Assembly (NCBI RefSeq): GCF_000021865.1
Contig: NC_014034.1
Location: forward strand, 180,001-212,000
From: Rhodobacter capsulatus SB 1003
Lineage (GTDB): Bacteria; Pseudomonadota; Alphaproteobacteria; Rhodobacterales; Rhodobacteraceae
DNA: 32,000 bases
Reading direction: 5' to 3'
Shown: positions 29,261 to 32,000 of the stretch, piece by piece
Layout: each line of letters opens with the position of its first letter
Numbering within the stretch: position 1 is the stretch's first letter
Position numbers and translations under genes: made by a program
Notes under the pieces: model-generated
Told to the model about the DNA's origin: nothing
Database searches by the model: none
What the model saw: the letters and a program-made list of their open reading frames with translations, nothing else

Positions 29261-31900
29261 TCAGACCAGCAGGTAATGCGTTTCGGCGCCGATCTGGATC
29301 GCCAGCCGCTGCAGGCTTTCGGCATCGACCACCGTCCAGACCGCGGCGCCGGTGGGGCGATAGATGATCTGCACGTCGCGCGCCTCGGCACTGCCGCCCA
29401 GATCGACCCAGCGCAGCCCGAAATCGCTGATCCGCGCCGAGCCATTGTTGAAGACCAGCCGGTCTTCGGCGGAATAATCCGAGATCCAGTCGGTGCCCGC
29501 GCCCAGGCTGCCGTCATGCAGGAAGGCATCCTTGCCCGCCCCGCCGGTCATCAGGTCGTTGCCGCCTTCGCCGAACAGCCAGTCGTCGCCGTCGCCGCCA
29601 TCGAGCAGATCGGCCCCGCTGCCGCCGCGCAGCGTGTCGTTGTGGCTGCCGCCGCGCAGGGTGTCGGCCCCGGCCCCGCCCGAGAGCGCGTCATTGCCGC
29701 CGCCGCCTGACAGGCTGTCGGCCAGATCCTCGGGCGTGCCGGTTTCCGATCCGCCGTAAAGCGTGTCGTTGCCCGCGCCGCCCAGAAGCGTGTCGGCGCC
29801 TGCGCCGCCGCTCAGCACATTGAGACCGGCCCCGCCCTCGATCCGGTCGTTGCCCGCATCGCCGCGCAGCGTGTCGTTGCCCGCATCGCCCAAAAGCGTG
29901 TCATTGCCCGCGCCGCCGCCAAGGACATCCTCGCCCTCGCCGCCCGAAAGCAGATCGTCGTCGCCGCCGCTGTTCAGAACATCATTGCCCGCCCCGCCCA
30001 GCAGCGTGTCCCGGCCGATATCGCCCAAAAGCGTGTCGTTGCCGCCATTGCCGACCAGGGAATCGGCGCCCGCCGCGCCGTTGAGCACGTCGAAATCCTC
30101 GCCGCCGGTCAGCGTGTCATTGCCCGTGCCGCCGTTCATCCGGTTCGCGCCCTCGCCGCCGATCAGGGAATCGTCGCCGTCATTGCCGGCGATCGTGTCA
30201 TTGCCGCGGTCGCCGAAGATCACGTCATTGCCGCCACCGCCCTGGATCATGTCGCTCGACTCGAGGCCGCGGATCGTGTCGGCCCGGTTGCTGCCGATCA
30301 GGGTATCGCGGCCGATCGTGCCCGAGAGCCCGCCGCCAAGACTGTCGGCCACGATCCGTTCGCCCCGCACCTCGCCCAGCACCAGCAGCCGGTCGGGCAG
30401 GCCGAAGCTCAGCCCGGACCAGAGGTCGCTCAGCGCCAGCGGCCGTCCGGTCGCCGAGACGATCTCGATCTCGGTGCCGCCAAAGGACAGCAGCAGGCCG
30501 CGGTCGGTGGGGGTCGCGATCAGCTGCGCGGTCGATCGCAGCATCGGCAGCCCGCCCAGATCGATGCGGTCGCCGGGGCTGTAATCCATCACGTAATGCC
30601 GGGTTTCGGAACTGCGGATCACGAAAGTGTCGTTGCCCGCGCCGCCGAACATCACCGTGCTGCCCGGGCCCGAGACCAGCACATCCTCGCCCGCGAGGCC
30701 CATCAGCGTGTCCCGGCCGGTGGTGTTCGCCACCAGCAGATCATCCAGCGCCGAACCGTCGCGGCGCAGGCTGCCGCTGGCGGCGCCGGTCACCGTCACG
30801 CCCAGCGCGGCCAGATCGATGCGCAACAGGCTCAGCCCGGGTTCGGCCCCCGAGGCGACGAAGATCCGCAACTCGGTGCCGACGACGGCCATCGCCACCG
30901 AAGTGACGTCCTGCAGGCCAAGCCCCGGGCCCTGTTCTAGCGTCTGCAGATGCACCAGCCGCCCGTCGGGCAACAGCGTGAACAGGGTCAGCCCGTCATC
31001 GCCGCCCCCGGCCAGCACGAAGACCCGGCCCTGCACGACGACCGCTTCCAGCGCGGTGATCGTGCCGAAGCGGCTGTCGAGCGTGTCGAGCAGGTGATCG
31101 GTCGGGCGCAGGCTGCCGGTCGCGGTCAGTTCCATCACCGAGATCGTGCCGCTGCCCGCGGCGCCCAGCAGCACGAAGGTCTTGCCGAAAGCGGTGACCG
31201 TGGTCATCACGGTGGGGTCGTTCACGCCGAGCCCGTTCGAGGCCCCCAGCACGCCGACCTGCACCAGCGCCCCGTTGGCGCCGACGCGATAGCTGGCCAC
31301 GCCGTCAAAGCCGCAATCGGCGCGCAGCAGGAAGTCCTGTCCGGCCACCGAGACCATCTCGAGCAGCACCTGCCCGAGGATGAGGCCGCCCGCCGGGCTG
31401 GCGGTGGCCGAGACCCAGCGCGGGATGCCGTCGGCGTCGATCGCATAGCCGTTCAACGCGCCGCTGATCGCATCGGCGACATAGATCATGTCGGCCCCGC
31501 CGGCAAGTTCCGCGGTCAGCAGCCCGTTCTGCAGCCAGGGGCTGCGGGCATCGTCCAGCCGGATCGTCGTCTGCCGCCCCAGATCCCCGGCGGTCGCGCT
31601 GTTCGAGCTGAGCAGATCGCCGCCCTGGGTGACGCCGAAGATGACCCGCGTGTAGCCGTTGAAGGTCGCCCAGGACAGATCCAGTGTCGCCATCCCGGTC
31701 AGGCTGCCGGGGAAGTAGAAACTGTCGGCGACCGTCGGCACGGCCTGTGCCCCGATCTGCCAGGCCAGAATGCCGCCATTGCTGCCGGTCATGCTGTAAA
31801 GGAAGGTGCCCGAAGCCGTCGCGACGATTTCGAGCCGTTCGATATTCGTGTCGAGCAGGGCGAAGCCGGACTCGACTCGTCTGGTGAAAGCAATCCGCAT
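29261..31900 (-). CDS. Large secreted RTX protein: N-terminal beta-propeller-like repeats plus two RTX blocks; predicted T1SS substrate
   Basis: 879 aa. Aa 1-365 show about 6-7 blade-like reiterations (e.g. [78 protein letters not shown]). A short RTX block spans aa 390-428 and a long one aa 527-794. C-terminal ...ETHYLLV. ATG at 31900. Confidence 0.88.
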   Translation of the reverse strand: MRIAFTRRVESGFALLDTNIERLEIVATASGTFLYSMTGSNGGILAWQIGAQAVPTVADSFYFPGSLTGMATLDLSWATFNGYTRVIFGVTQGGDLLSSNSATAGDLGRQTTIRLDDARSPWLQNGLLTAELAGGADMIYVADAISGALNGYAIDADGIPRWVSATASPAGGLILGQVLLEMVSVAGQDFLLRADCGFDGVASYRVGANGALVQVGVLGASNGLGVNDPTVMTTVTAFGKTFVLLGAAGSGTISVMELTATGSLRPTDHLLDTLDSRFGTITALEAVVVQGRVFVLAGGGDDGLTLFTLLPDGRLVHLQTLEQGPGLGLQDVTSVAMAVVGTELRIFVASGAEPGLSLLRIDLAALGVTVTGAASGSLRRDGSALDDLLVANTTGRDTLMGLAGEDVLVSGPGSTVMFGGAGNDTFVIRSSETRHYVMDYSPGDRIDLGGLPMLRSTAQLIATPTDRGLLLSFGGTEIEIVSATGRPLALSDLWSGLSFGLPDRLLVLGEVRGERIVADSLGGGLSGTIGRDTLIGSNRADTIRGLESSDMIQGGGGNDVIFGDRGNDTIAGNDGDDSLIGGEGANRMNGGTGNDTLTGGEDFDVLNGAAGADSLVGNGGNDTLLGDIGRDTLLGGAGNDVLNSGGDDDLLSGGEGEDVLGGGAGNDTLLGDAGNDTLRGDAGNDRIEGGAGLNVLSGGAGADTLLGGAGNDTLYGGSETGTPEDLADSLSGGGGNDALSGGAGADTLRGGSHNDTLRGGSGADLLDGGDGDDWLFGEGGNDLMTGGAGKDAFLHDGSLGAGTDWISDYSAEDRLVFNNGSARISDFGLRWVDLGGSAEARDVQIIYRPTGAAVWTVVDAESLQRLAIQIGAETHYLLV
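29519..30322 (-). repeat. About 29 consecutive RTX nonapeptide units (27-bp period, GGxGxDxLx)
   Basis: [18 protein letters not shown] ... [27 protein letters not shown] ... [27 protein letters not shown]. One unit is interrupted by the insert [16 protein letters not shown]. Confidence 0.9.
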
Positions 31901-32000
31901 CGCACACCCCCAAGATGAGCAGGGGCAGGCTCTGCCGTTCCGTCGTCCCGGCAGTGTCGCGGTTGCGGCGAAAATGTGACTCTTGGACGCAATTTTGCGC

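Overview
High-GC, almost fully coding chromosomal window. By gene content it looks alphaproteobacterial, probably Rhodobacterales-like, but that is inferred, not searched. The left ~12.6 kb is housekeeping, all on the minus strand: a truncated hypothetical gene, a serralysin-type RTX metalloprotease with its terminator, a small secreted ORF, mtgA, glutamate synthase arranged gltD-orf-gltB, uppP and an NDUFA9-like SDR. A plus-strand tRNA-Leu(CAG) follows. Directly right of the tRNA a ~19 kb surface-polysaccharide locus begins. It holds a stand-alone sulfotransferase and a 2,078-aa multidomain protein (sulfotransferase, ~570-aa coiled coil with 30 tandem LTETRxx heptads, Pro/Ala linker, WbsX-like, GT4, GT2). 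It also holds kpsM, divergent kpsE-kpsT, a DUF2793 phage/GTA tail-fibre-like gene, a GT2, rmlA, rmlD, a third sulfotransferase-like ORF, rmlB, rmlC, and an 879-aa beta-propeller + RTX protein. The best candidate for something undescribed is the giant protein. Its layout resembles the WbdD and WbbB polymerase/terminator/molecular-ruler systems of ABC-transporter-dependent glycan assembly, but with a sulfotransferase in the terminator position and a very long, repeat-built ruler. The tail-fibre-like gene inside the capsule locus and the three sulfotransferase modules are also worth follow-up. Many long ORFs in the track are codon-aligned antisense shadows of real genes and were rejected. No CRISPR, transposase or integrase was seen. 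All family assignments rest on motifs read by eye; no database search was possible.
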